DNA of 24,000 nt from Mesoflavibacter sp. (GTDB taxonomy: Bacteria > Pseudomonadota > Alphaproteobacteria > UBA8366 > Aestuariispiraceae), in NCBI GenBank assembly GCA_017792345.1, contig CP051228.1:2920148-2944147 (forward strand), written 5' to 3'. The translations under genes and the position numbers were made by a program. The notes under the pieces were generated by a model that made no database searches, was not told the origin of the DNA, and saw only the letters and a list, made by a program, of their open reading frames with translations. How positions within the stretch are numbered: position 1 is the stretch's first letter; every line of letters starts with the position of its first letter. Shown here one piece after another: positions 1 through 8,284 of this stretch.

Positions 1-1
1 G

Positions 2-280
2 GGCTACCGGTCCGCCATCGATTCCTATTCTGCCTTTTTCGAGAATGATCACGTGACGCCGACCGGCCTGGAAGGGTATCTGCGGTCGCGCGGCGTCACC
101 ACATTGGTCATGGCCGGGCTGGCGACGGATTTCTGTGTTCGGTTCTCGGCCGTCGATGCGGCAAAACTGGGGTTCGATGTGACCGTGATCGGTGCTGGGT
201 GCCGGGCCATCGATATGGATGGATCCCTGGCCCAGGCGCGGCAGGACATGCTGGATCACGGCGTGGTCATCGCAGACTGA
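2..280 (+). CDS. pncA: Nicotinamidase/pyrazinamidase (isochorismatase family), C-terminal fragment; the 5' end lies outside the window
   Basis: The frame is open from base 2 and reads GYRSAIDSYSAFFENDHVTPTGLEGYLRSRGVTTLVMAGLATDFCVRFSAVDAAKLGFDVTVIGAGCRAID. The GLATDFCV segment with the catalytic Cys and the SAFFEN motif are typical of PncA. Stop TGA at 278-280. Confidence 0.8.
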   Translation, partial: GYRSAIDSYSAFFENDHVTPTGLEGYLRSRGVTTLVMAGLATDFCVRFSAVDAAKLGFDVTVIGAGCRAIDMDGSLAQARQDMLDHGVVIAD

Positions 281-405
281 TCTGCGGGAATTCATAATTT
301 ACCTTTTCTTTTGTGTGAAATGCTGCTAAACGCCGTATCTCCGGTGGTTGAGCGCGCGCGTCGCGGCGGCAACGGGGTGTGAACGATCAAATCTAGGGGA
401 CCAAG

Positions 406-828
406 ATGAGCGGAGCCTATGCCGGCGATATTGCGCCGAAAGACGCCTGGAAAATTCTCGAGGATGAGAAGGATTCCGTTCTGATCGACGTGCGGACGGC
501 GGCCGAATGGCAGTTCGTCGGCGTGCCGGTTCTGGACGGGCTGGGCAAGCAGACGGTCCTGGTCGAATGGATCCGCTTCCCGGGCGGTGTGTCGAACGCC
601 GAATTCGTGGAGCAGGTAAAGGGCGCGGTCGGCGGAGGGGATCCGGCGCTGCTGTTTCTCTGCCGCTCCGGCCAGCGCAGCCAGGGTGCGGCGGCGGCCC
701 TGACACAGGCGGGTTTCTCCCGCTGTTTCAACATCCTCGAAGGGTTCGAGGGCGACAAGGATGGCGAGGGCCATCGCGGACGGGTCGGCGGCTGGAAGGT
801 CGCGGGCCTGCCGTGGGCGCAAGGCTGA
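406..828 (+). CDS. Single-domain rhodanese-like sulfurtransferase
   Basis: 140 aa. It has the active-site loop CRSGQRS and the rhodanese-like segments LIDVRTAAEW and GGWKVAGLPW. ATG is preceded by aggggacc. Confidence 0.8.
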   Translation: MSGAYAGDIAPKDAWKILEDEKDSVLIDVRTAAEWQFVGVPVLDGLGKQTVLVEWIRFPGGVSNAEFVEQVKGAVGGGDPALLFLCRSGQRSQGAAAALTQAGFSRCFNILEGFEGDKDGEGHRGRVGGWKVAGLPWAQG

Positions 829-871
829 TCCCGCAGGATCGGCGCGTCAGGTGAAGAAGGATCGCGGAAAG

Positions 872-2059
872 ATGGATGGCGGATTGACCGGGCGGCGTTA
901 TCGGCGCCAGACGGAATTGGTGCGGGGCGGTTTGGACCGTTCCCAGTTTCGGGAGACCAGCGAAGGGCTCTTCCTGACCTCCGGCTATGTCTATGACAGT
1001 GCCGAGCAGGCGGAGGCGTCGTTCAAGGGCGAAACCGACAATTTCATGTATTCGCGCTATGCCAATCCCACGGTCGGCATGTTCGAGGAACGCCTGGCCC
1101 GTCTGGAAGGGGCGGAGGATTGCCGTGCCACCTCCAGCGGCATGGCCGCGATCTTCTCGGCGCTGGCCTGTTTCCTGGGGCAGGGCAAGCGGATTGTCGC
1201 GTCGCGGGCGCTGTTCGGGTCCTGCTATATCATCTGTTCTGAAATTCTGCCGCGCTTCGGCGTGTCGACGACCTTTGTCGACGGGCACGATCTAGACCAA
1301 TGGGCCTCCGCTTTGAAGGACCGGGCCGACGCGGTTTTCGTCGAAACCCCGTCAAACCCGATGCTGGATCTGGTCGATCTGGAAGTGGTCTCCGCCCTTG
1401 CCCATGGCGCCGGCGCGAAGGTCGTGGTCGATAATGTCTTCGCCACGCCGATGCTGCAGCGGCCGCTGGAACTGGGTGCCGATATCGTTACATATTCGGC
1501 GACCAAGCATATCGACGGTCAGGGCCGGACCATGGGCGGCGCGGTGCTGGGCACGAAAAAGTACATCAAGGACGTGTTCGAACCGTTCTATCGCCATACC
1601 GGCCCGTCCATGAGCCCGTTCAACGCCTGGATCATGGTGAAGGGGCTGGAAACATTGCCGCTGCGGGTCGAACGGATGTGCGAGAACGCCGACCGCATCG
1701 CACGCTTCCTGGAAGGCCACGGCAGCGTCCAATCCGTCCGTTATCCGGGCCTGGAAAGCCATCCGCAGCATGATCTGGCGAAACGCCAGATGAGCGGCTT
1801 CGGTACCCTGGTTACCTTCACGCTGCCGGGTGGCAAGGCGCGCGCCTTCGATGTGCTGAACCGGCTGCGGCTCTGGGATATCTCCAACAATCTGGGTGAC
1901 GCCAAGAGCCTGGTGACCCACCCGGCGACGACGACCCATCAGCGCCTGAAGCCGGAAGAGCGCGCCCATTTGGGGATCGACGACGGCACGGTTCGCCTGT
2001 CGGTCGGCCTGGAGGATGTGGAAGATCTTCTGGAAGACCTGGACGCCGCGCTGGCCTGA
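872..2059 (+). CDS. metZ: O-succinylhomoserine sulfhydrylase (PLP-dependent Cys/Met metabolism family)
   Basis: N-terminus RRQTELVRGGLDRSQFRETSEGLFLTSGYVYDSAEQAEASFKGE...YSRYANPTV matches the MetZ pattern. The PLP-lysine region reads YSATKHIDGQGR. I chose the ATG at 872, which has gaagaagga upstream. The track start at 761 would overlap the rhodanese gene. Confidence 0.85.
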   Translation: MDGGLTGRRYRRQTELVRGGLDRSQFRETSEGLFLTSGYVYDSAEQAEASFKGETDNFMYSRYANPTVGMFEERLARLEGAEDCRATSSGMAAIFSALACFLGQGKRIVASRALFGSCYIICSEILPRFGVSTTFVDGHDLDQWASALKDRADAVFVETPSNPMLDLVDLEVVSALAHGAGAKVVVDNVFATPMLQRPLELGADIVTYSATKHIDGQGRTMGGAVLGTKKYIKDVFEPFYRHTGPSMSPFNAWIMVKGLETLPLRVERMCENADRIARFLEGHGSVQSVRYPGLESHPQHDLAKRQMSGFGTLVTFTLPGGKARAFDVLNRLRLWDISNNLGDAKSLVTHPATTTHQRLKPEERAHLGIDDGTVRLSVGLEDVEDLLEDLDAALA

Positions 2060-2084
2060 TACGGCGCCGTCTTCGGAAACGCGA

Positions 2085-2112
2085 AAGGGCCGGCCCGATA
2101 GGGCCGGCCCTT
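2085..2112. terminator. Bidirectional intrinsic terminator hairpin between convergent metZ and the PotD-like gene
   Basis: aagggccggccc (2085-2096), loop gata, gggccggccctt (2101-2112) form a perfect 12-bp GC-rich stem. It is flanked by A/T on both sides and lies in the 75-bp convergent gap. Confidence 0.7.
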
Positions 2113-2134
2113 GTCGTCTGGAACCGAAACTGGG

Positions 2135-3181
2135 TTAGGATTTCAGCTTCGTCCAGACCCGCTCACGCAGTTGCTTGGACGCAGGGCTGCACTGTTTGAA
2201 GCCCGACAGGCGCTCGCCGTATTCCTCCGGCATGTTGACCGCCGGGTCGGAAGACAGGCTGGCGTCCAGAAACTCACCGGAGCCGCGGATCGCGTTGGAA
2301 TAGCCGGTGTAGTTCGACGCGATCGCCGCGTTTTCCGGATCCATCATCCAGTTCACGAAGGCTTTCGCCGCATCCATATTCGGCGCGTTGGCAGGTACCG
2401 CCAGCGTATCGGTCCAGAAGGTGACCCCCTCTTTCGGATAGACATAGACGGCGTCCGGCTTGTTCTTCTTCACGCGGTGCGCGGCGCCGTTCCACTGCAT
2501 ATGGACCGCGACCTCGCCGGCGGACATCCGGTCGATCGTGCCGTCGTTCGAATAGACTTTCACATGCGGCTTCTGCGCCATCAGCAGGTCGAGAATCTTC
2601 TGCGCTTCGCCGGAATCCTCGGTGCATTTGTCGACGCCCAGATAATAGGCGGCGGCATTCCAGACATCGCTCATCTCGTTCAGCATCGCGATATTGCCTT
2701 TCAGCTCGTCGCGCGGCTCGAACAATTCCTTCCAGCTCTGCTCCAGCTCACCGCCGGGGACCATGGCCGGGTCATAGGTGAAGCCCGTCGTACCCCACAT
2801 ATAGGGCGCGGAATAGGACCGGTCGGCGTCGACGGACAGCGTCTGGAACGGCGGCAGCACGTTGCCGAAATTCTCCATCTTGTTGACGCCGATATTCGCG
2901 ACCAGGCCTTTCTCGATCATCGTGCCCAGCGTCGTCGGGCCGGGGAAGATCACGTCATATCCGCCGCCGCCGGCCTGCAGCTTGGCCAGAAGGTCCTCTT
3001 CCGACGCGTAATTGTCGATCGTGACCTTCACGCCGGTTTCCGCCTCGTACTTCTTCAGCAGATCCGGCGGGAAATAGTTGGACCAGTTGTACAGATGCAG
3101 TTCCTGCGCCGATGCCGCACCGCCGAGGGTCAAGCCCACGGAGAGCGCGAGCCCGCCGAGGATATGGGACATTTTCTTCAT
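2135..3181 (-). CDS. ABC transporter periplasmic substrate-binding protein, PotD/PotF (spermidine/putrescine) family
   Basis: 348 aa. Signal peptide MKKMSHILGGLALSVGLTLGGAASAQ, followed by LHLYNWSNYFPPDLLKKYEAETGVKV, which is typical of PotD/PotF-like binding proteins. Confidence 0.85.
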   Translation of the reverse strand: MKKMSHILGGLALSVGLTLGGAASAQELHLYNWSNYFPPDLLKKYEAETGVKVTIDNYASEEDLLAKLQAGGGGYDVIFPGPTTLGTMIEKGLVANIGVNKMENFGNVLPPFQTLSVDADRSYSAPYMWGTTGFTYDPAMVPGGELEQSWKELFEPRDELKGNIAMLNEMSDVWNAAAYYLGVDKCTEDSGEAQKILDLLMAQKPHVKVYSNDGTIDRMSAGEVAVHMQWNGAAHRVKKNKPDAVYVYPKEGVTFWTDTLAVPANAPNMDAAKAFVNWMMDPENAAIASNYTGYSNAIRGSGEFLDASLSSDPAVNMPEEYGERLSGFKQCSPASKQLRERVWTKLKS

Positions 3182-3214
3182 CTTTGTCTCCCGTTTCTCC
3201 TGTTGCGAGGACGG

Positions 3215-4054
3215 TTATCGATGTTGCGTCTGCCCGCGTCCTCTACCGAGCAGAAGTGAAAGCGAAACCAGGGCGACCGAGACCAGCAGCATGATCGACG
3301 AGATCGCATTGACCTCCGGCGACACGCCGACCCGGATCAGGCCGAAAATGTAGATGGGAAGTGTGGTGGACCCGGCGCCGCCGACAAAGAAGGTGGTGAC
3401 GAAATCATCCAGCGAGATGATGAAGGCCAGGACCGCGCCGGAGATGATCCCCGGCATGATCAGCGGCAGGGTCACTTTGCGGAAAGCCTTGCCCGGGGTC
3501 GCGTAAAGATCGCCGGCGGCCTCGATAAGTTTCGGGTCCAGGCCCTCCAAGCGGGCGCGGATCGGCAGATAGGCGAAGGGGATGCAGAACACCGTATGGG
3601 CGATCATGACGGTGATCAGGCCCTGGGTGATACCGACCATCGCGAAGAACATCAGCGTCGCGACGGCGGTCACGATTTCCGGCACCGTCAAAGGCAGGGC
3701 GATCATGACATTCATCGCCGATTGGCCGACGAACCGGTCCCGCGCCATCCGAACGGCGGCCAAGGTGGCCAGCGCGGTCGATGCGGTGGCCGCGACCACC
3801 GCGATGATCAGCGAATTCTTCGCCGCCCGCAGCATCTCCTCGTTCTGAAGCGCCTTCACATACCAGTCGATGGAAAAGCCCGACCAGATCGTCACCAACT
3901 CGTTGGCGTTGAAGGACAGGGCGATCAGAACGACGATCGGCAGGTAGACATAGGCGAAGAACAGGACCGCCATGAAGGCGACGCCCGGCCAGTGTTTGGC
4001 ATCGCCCGGCGCGGCGCGGCGGATCGGTGAGGAGATCAAGGATCGTACCGTCAT
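3215..4054 (-). CDS. ABC transporter permease, PotC-like
   Basis: Starts at MTVRSL (ATG 4054-4052) and overlaps the upstream permease stop as ATGA (4051-4054). Multi-TM protein with the EAA-type loop IEAAGDLYATPGKAFRKVTLPLIMPG. The track ORF extension up to 4495 is out-of-context read-through. Confidence 0.85.
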   Translation of the reverse strand: MTVRSLISSPIRRAAPGDAKHWPGVAFMAVLFFAYVYLPIVVLIALSFNANELVTIWSGFSIDWYVKALQNEEMLRAAKNSLIIAVVAATASTALATLAAVRMARDRFVGQSAMNVMIALPLTVPEIVTAVATLMFFAMVGITQGLITVMIAHTVFCIPFAYLPIRARLEGLDPKLIEAAGDLYATPGKAFRKVTLPLIMPGIISGAVLAFIISLDDFVTTFFVGGAGSTTLPIYIFGLIRVGVSPEVNAISSIMLLVSVALVSLSLLLGRGRGQTQHR

Positions 4055-4971
4055 TGCGACCCCGCTTTCGGCCGCGCCTTCAGCGCATAGATCGTCATGG
4101 CAATCAGAACCAGGGACAGCAGCGCGAAGCCGAGCGCCGCGCCGAATGGCCAATTCCGAGCCGCGCCGAACTGCAGGCCGATCAGATTGCCGATCATCAT
4201 GGTCTTGCCGCCGCCCAGCAGTTCCGGCGTCACATAGGACCCGAGACAGGGCACGAAGACCAGGATCGAGCCGGCGATGATCCCCGGCTTCGCAGCGGGC
4301 AGCACGATATGCCACAGCGTCCGGACCCGGTTGGCGTAGAGATCGAAGGACGCCTCGATCAGACGCGGGTCCAGCTTTTCCAGGCTGGCGTAGATCGGCA
4401 GTACCATGAAGGGGAGGAAGGAATAGGTCAGGCCGACCGAAACCGCGAACCCATTGTGCAGCAGCGGCAGCGGCTCGCCGATGATCCCGGTCCAAAGCAG
4501 GAAGGAATTAATCGTCCCGTGGTCGCGCAACAGCAGGATCCAGGCATAGTTGCGAACCAGCAAGTTGGTCCAGAAGGGGATCGTCACCAGGAACACCAGG
4601 ATCGCGCGCCACTTTTCCGACCGGGTCGCCATGAAGAGCGCGGTCGGAAATCCGACCAGTAAGGACAGGGCGGTCGTGATGGCGGACAGCCAAACCGATC
4701 GAAGGATGATCGACAGGTAATCGAAGTTCCACGACAGGCTGTCGTCCAGATTACGCTCGAAGATGAAGCGCAGATAGGCTTCCGGGGAGTAGCTGTCCCA
4801 GACCACACTGCCGGAGAAGTCGCGCTCGTGGATCGAAATCCAGGCCATGAGCAGCAGCGGCACGACCATGAAAACGCCGATTGCCAGCGCAGCCGGGCCA
4901 ATCAAAAAGGCCCTGGCGCGCCATGCTGCACGGCGCTGTCCGACCGAGTTTTCCGTAACGGCCATCGTCAT
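4051..4971 (-). CDS. ABC transporter permease, PotB-like
   Basis: 306 aa. Multi-TM protein with EAA loop IEASFDLYANRVRTLWHIVLPAAKPG. It is the first gene of a permease-permease-binding protein operon. The start could be the ATG at 4971 or the one at 4965. Confidence 0.85.
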   Translation of the reverse strand: MTMAVTENSVGQRRAAWRARAFLIGPAALAIGVFMVVPLLLMAWISIHERDFSGSVVWDSYSPEAYLRFIFERNLDDSLSWNFDYLSIILRSVWLSAITTALSLLVGFPTALFMATRSEKWRAILVFLVTIPFWTNLLVRNYAWILLLRDHGTINSFLLWTGIIGEPLPLLHNGFAVSVGLTYSFLPFMVLPIYASLEKLDPRLIEASFDLYANRVRTLWHIVLPAAKPGIIAGSILVFVPCLGSYVTPELLGGGKTMMIGNLIGLQFGAARNWPFGAALGFALLSLVLIAMTIYALKARPKAGSQ

Positions 4972-5287
4972 TCATGGGACCAGTTCGAACCCGCCGATAC
5001 GCCTTGATCGCGACCGGCTTCGGGTTCCTGACCCACGCCTTTTTCCGTTATTCTCGTCGTCTCCCCGCCTAACGGTAAGCGACTGGTCCGGCTATTCCAA
5101 GTTTTTTTATGCAATCGGTCAAATAAATTCGTGCGATTGGGCAGGCGCCAATGCGCGCCGGATCGCTGTTTCCGGCCGGCACAAGTCTTTTGCCGCCACC
5201 GGATGGCCGCGGTTAGCCATTGCCGCCGACCGGAAGCCGGAGTAGGGAGCAAGGGTCCGCGCTGGACGACCTAGGGAACCCGTTGCA

Positions 5288-6523
5288 ATGACCGATACTC
5301 TGTCTGCGCCTTCCGAGGCGGACAGCCGTTACGCTTGGACGCGGCTGTTCATCAGTCTGATCGTCAGCACGATCGGCGGCATCGGCTTGTGGTCTTCCGT
5401 TGTCGTCCTGCCGGTGATCGAGGCCGAATTCGGAATCGACCGCGGCGGCGCGTCCTTCCCCTATATGGCGACCATGATCGGTTTCGCGGCCGGCGGGATA
5501 TTCATGGGGCGGCTGGTCGACCGGTTCGGCATTGCCGTTCCGGTGGCGATTGCAGCGGTCATGTTGGGCGCCGGATACATCCTGTCCGCCTTCGCGACCG
5601 AACTGTGGATGTTCGTTGCCTGCCAGGCGCTGCTGATCGGCATGTTGGGCAGTTCGGCGACCTTTGCCCCGATGGTCGCGGATACCTCGCACTGGTTCTT
5701 GAAGCACCGCGGCATCGCCGTGGCCATCGTCGCCAGCGGCAATTACCTGTCCGGTACGGTCTGGCCGCCGATCCTGCAGGAAAGCATCGCGATCATGGGC
5801 TGGCGCGACACCCATATCTGGGTCGGCATCTTCTGCATCGCGACCATGATCCCGCTGTCGATGCTGCTGCGCCGCCGGCCGCAGATCGATCAGGGACACG
5901 CCCCCGTCGCGCGCCGTGCCGCCGCCGGCCCGGCGCCGGCCTCGCCGACGGCGCTGCTGACGATCCTGGCCTTGGCCGGAATTGCCTGCTGTGTCGCGAT
6001 GTCGATGCCGCAGGTCCATATCATCGCCTATTGCGGTGACCTGGGATATGGCCCGGCGGTCGGGGCTGAAATGCTATCACTGATGCTGGGGCTGGGCATT
6101 GTCAGCCGGCTCGCTTCCGGTGTCATTGCGGACCGGATCGGCGGGATCGGCACGTTGATCCTCGGATCGACCTTGCAGTGCCTGGCGCTGATTTTCTATC
6201 TGCCGTTCGACGGGTTGGTGTCGCTCTATCTGGTATCGGCACTGTTCGGCCTGTCCCAGGGCGGTATCGTGCCCAGCTATGCCCTGATCGTACGGGAATA
6301 TTTCCCGGCGCGTCAGGCGGGGACACGGGTGTCGATCGTCCTGATGGCGACCGTGTTCGGCATGGCGCTGGGCGGTTGGATGTCAGGTGAAATCTATGAT
6401 CTGACGGGCAGCTACGAAGCCGCTTTCCTGAACGGCATTCTGTGGAACCTGTTCAACATGGCCATCGCGGCCTGGCTGCTTTTCAGCCGGTTCCGGTCCG
6501 GTCGGGGACTGGCTGCCGCCTAG
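5288..6523 (+). CDS. MFS transporter (oxalate/formate antiporter-like subfamily by appearance)
   Basis: 411 aa with about 12 hydrophobic segments. The loop 2-3 motif reads GRLVDRFG, and there is a central hydrophilic loop RRRPQIDQGHAPVARR. Confidence 0.8.
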   Translation: MTDTLSAPSEADSRYAWTRLFISLIVSTIGGIGLWSSVVVLPVIEAEFGIDRGGASFPYMATMIGFAAGGIFMGRLVDRFGIAVPVAIAAVMLGAGYILSAFATELWMFVACQALLIGMLGSSATFAPMVADTSHWFLKHRGIAVAIVASGNYLSGTVWPPILQESIAIMGWRDTHIWVGIFCIATMIPLSMLLRRRPQIDQGHAPVARRAAAGPAPASPTALLTILALAGIACCVAMSMPQVHIIAYCGDLGYGPAVGAEMLSLMLGLGIVSRLASGVIADRIGGIGTLILGSTLQCLALIFYLPFDGLVSLYLVSALFGLSQGGIVPSYALIVREYFPARQAGTRVSIVLMATVFGMALGGWMSGEIYDLTGSYEAAFLNGILWNLFNMAIAAWLLFSRFRSGRGLAAA

Positions 6524-8157
6524 CCGGGGTCGGGGGCGGCCACAATCCGTTCGGACGGCATCCGCACGATGGCGCTGGTGCCGGTACCCAAGACGCTTTC
6601 CAGGTGGATCGTTCCGCCGTGCAATTCGCACAGCTTGCGGGCAATAGGCAGGCCCAGACCGGTCCCTTCGACCGCCATCCGCGTTGCCGCGTCCAGCCGC
6701 CGGAAGCTTTCGAACGCTTGCTCCAGGCGATCCGGTTCGATCCCGGGGCCGGAATCGCTGACCGCGATCTCCAACCGTCCGTCTTCGGTGAACTGGGTCG
6801 TGATATGGATCTTGCCGCCGTTGAAGGAGAATTTGACGGCGTTGGTCAGCAGGTTGATCAGGACTTGCTCCAGCTTGACCGCATCCGCCCGCAGCCAGAT
6901 GTCGTCCGGCCCGTCCAGCAAGTGCATGGTGACCGCCTTGCGCCGGGCGCGGTCCGACAGAATGGCGATGCTGTCCGACAGAATGTCCGACAGCCGGAAC
7001 TCCGTTTCTCTCAGGGTTTCCTGCCCGGCCTCGATTTTGGACAGGTCGAGTATGTCCGACACGAGGCGCAGAAGGTGCTGCCCGCTGCGGTGAATGTCGT
7101 CGGCATATTCGGCGTAACGGCTGTGGCCGATCGGTCCCAAATGCTGCTGCTTCAGGATGTCGGAAAAACCGATGATCGCGTTCAGCGGCGTCCGCAGTTC
7201 ATGGCTCATATTGGCGACGAAGTCGGATTTTGCGCGGCTTGCCGCCTCCGCCTGTCGGCGCGCCTCCAACAGTGAGTGTTCCGCACCTTTCAGGACGCTG
7301 ACGTCACGGACGCAGACGATGACGACCGGCTCGCCATCCACCTGGACGATCCGGCCCCGCAGTTCGGCCGGAAACCGTGTGCCGTCCTTCCGGATATGCA
7401 CACCCTCCTGGACGATCAATTGGCCCAAACAGGAATTGCGCCAGTTCTCCAGAACGATTTCGACCGGCATGGATGCCTCGACATTCGCGACATTCATCAT
7501 CAATAGCTCATCGCGGCTATAGCCCAGGGCGTCGCAGGCTTGCTGGTTTACGTCGACGAACTGGCCGTCGAGATCATGGATGAATACAGCATCGGCGATC
7601 TCGTCGATAACCGTGCGGTAGCGCATCTCGCTGCGCCGCAGGGCGTCTTCCGTCCGGCGTTGCAGAAGCACCGCGCCGATCCGCTGTGCCAGCATTCGGA
7701 AGGTCCGCTCGACCTCCGTGGAGACGATGATGGGGGCCTGGTCCAGAACGAAAACATGCGCGAAGACATCGCCGTCGGCGTCGTACACCGCCTTCGCGAG
7801 ATAGCTTTCGATTCCCAGATAGCGCAGGAAGTCCGGCGCCGCGAACCGATCGGACACGTCGCGCGGAAACGACCAGAACGGATCCAGGGGCGAAGAGAAA
7901 TAAACCTTCTCGCAGGGGCCGTTTGCCAGGGGATAGGCGAAGGGCTGGATGGTTCCTTGGCGGTCATGCAACCGCTGGATTTCCACATGGGTCTTATCTG
8001 CCGATAGCGCACCGATCCCGGCCAGACGGCATCCGAGAGATTGGGACAGGGCGGAAAGCGCCGTTGGCAAGAACTCCGGATCGCCGGATTTCAAGCCGTC
8101 CAAAGCCCCGAGGGCATTGAATTCTTCCAGAAATAACCGTTCTTGAAGGTCCGCCAC
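6520..8157 (-). CDS. Cytoplasmic sensor histidine kinase (N-terminal GAF-like region, PAS, HisKA, HATPase_c)
   Basis: H-box FVANMSHELRTPLNAI, N-box LINLLTNAVKF, G-boxes DSGPGI and GTGLGLPI. PAS segment YRTVIDEIADAVFIHDLDGQFVDVNQQACDALGYSRDELL. No TM segments are visible. GTG start at 8157. No response regulator gene is adjacent. Confidence 0.85.
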   Translation of the reverse strand: MADLQERLFLEEFNALGALDGLKSGDPEFLPTALSALSQSLGCRLAGIGALSADKTHVEIQRLHDRQGTIQPFAYPLANGPCEKVYFSSPLDPFWSFPRDVSDRFAAPDFLRYLGIESYLAKAVYDADGDVFAHVFVLDQAPIIVSTEVERTFRMLAQRIGAVLLQRRTEDALRRSEMRYRTVIDEIADAVFIHDLDGQFVDVNQQACDALGYSRDELLMMNVANVEASMPVEIVLENWRNSCLGQLIVQEGVHIRKDGTRFPAELRGRIVQVDGEPVVIVCVRDVSVLKGAEHSLLEARRQAEAASRAKSDFVANMSHELRTPLNAIIGFSDILKQQHLGPIGHSRYAEYADDIHRSGQHLLRLVSDILDLSKIEAGQETLRETEFRLSDILSDSIAILSDRARRKAVTMHLLDGPDDIWLRADAVKLEQVLINLLTNAVKFSFNGGKIHITTQFTEDGRLEIAVSDSGPGIEPDRLEQAFESFRRLDAATRMAVEGTGLGLPIARKLCELHGGTIHLESVLGTGTSAIVRMPSERIVAAPDPG

Positions 8158-8284
8158 ATCCGCTCTCCCGGATATAGCCTAGTTCAAAACATGGTTAATG
8201 GGCCACAAAATATTCACATCACCGCATTAAACTTTTGGTGCGTGTGTTGCGACGGGACAGCCTGAGGTGGAATGTAAGGAAAGT

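Noticed and set aside
281-405. I looked for a SAM-II-type (metA-motif) riboswitch upstream of the rhodanese-metZ pair and in the 43-nt gap at 829-871.
   Set aside because: I could not find the characteristic pseudoknot or AAAGCU-type core by eye. The 43-nt gap is too short. An Infernal scan would be needed to settle it.
761-871. N-terminal extensions of track ORFs: metZ from 761, PotC-like from 4495, thiolase from 17125, hydrolase from 18377, Reb paralog from 15357.
   Set aside because: The extensions overlap upstream genes or rnpB and have Arg/Pro-rich non-coding-like sequence. Internal ATGs with SD sequences and homology-consistent N-termini were chosen instead.
2111-3259. Long ORFs antisense to clearly identified genes: 2111-3259 (+), 5213-6019 (-), 8655-9575 (-), 9939-11285 (-), 12748-13956 (+), 16301-17056 (+), 20839-21870 (+) and 22128-23801 (+).
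   Set aside because: Their composition is Arg/Gly/Ala/Pro-rich and they have no recognisable motifs. Each is the mirror frame of a confidently assigned gene. This is the classic high-GC shadow-ORF artefact.
4976-5090. Long-range 8-bp complementarity (ggaccagt at 4977-4984 with actggtcc at 5082-5089), plus a ccgtta/taacgg stem in the leader of the ABC operon. It suggested a riboswitch-like RBS-sequestering fold.
   Set aside because: One 8-bp match within a 316-nt region is about what chance predicts. No known riboswitch core (TPP, SAM-II, cobalamin, glycine, guanidine) was recognisable. Without covariation this cannot be supported.
6520-6523. The convergent MFS and histidine kinase genes share overlapping stop codons (CTAG), leaving no room for a terminator. 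Similarly, only 6 bp (12184-12189) separate the bactofilin and HAL-like stops.
   Set aside because: This is real but common in compact GC-rich genomes. On its own it is not evidence of antisense regulation.
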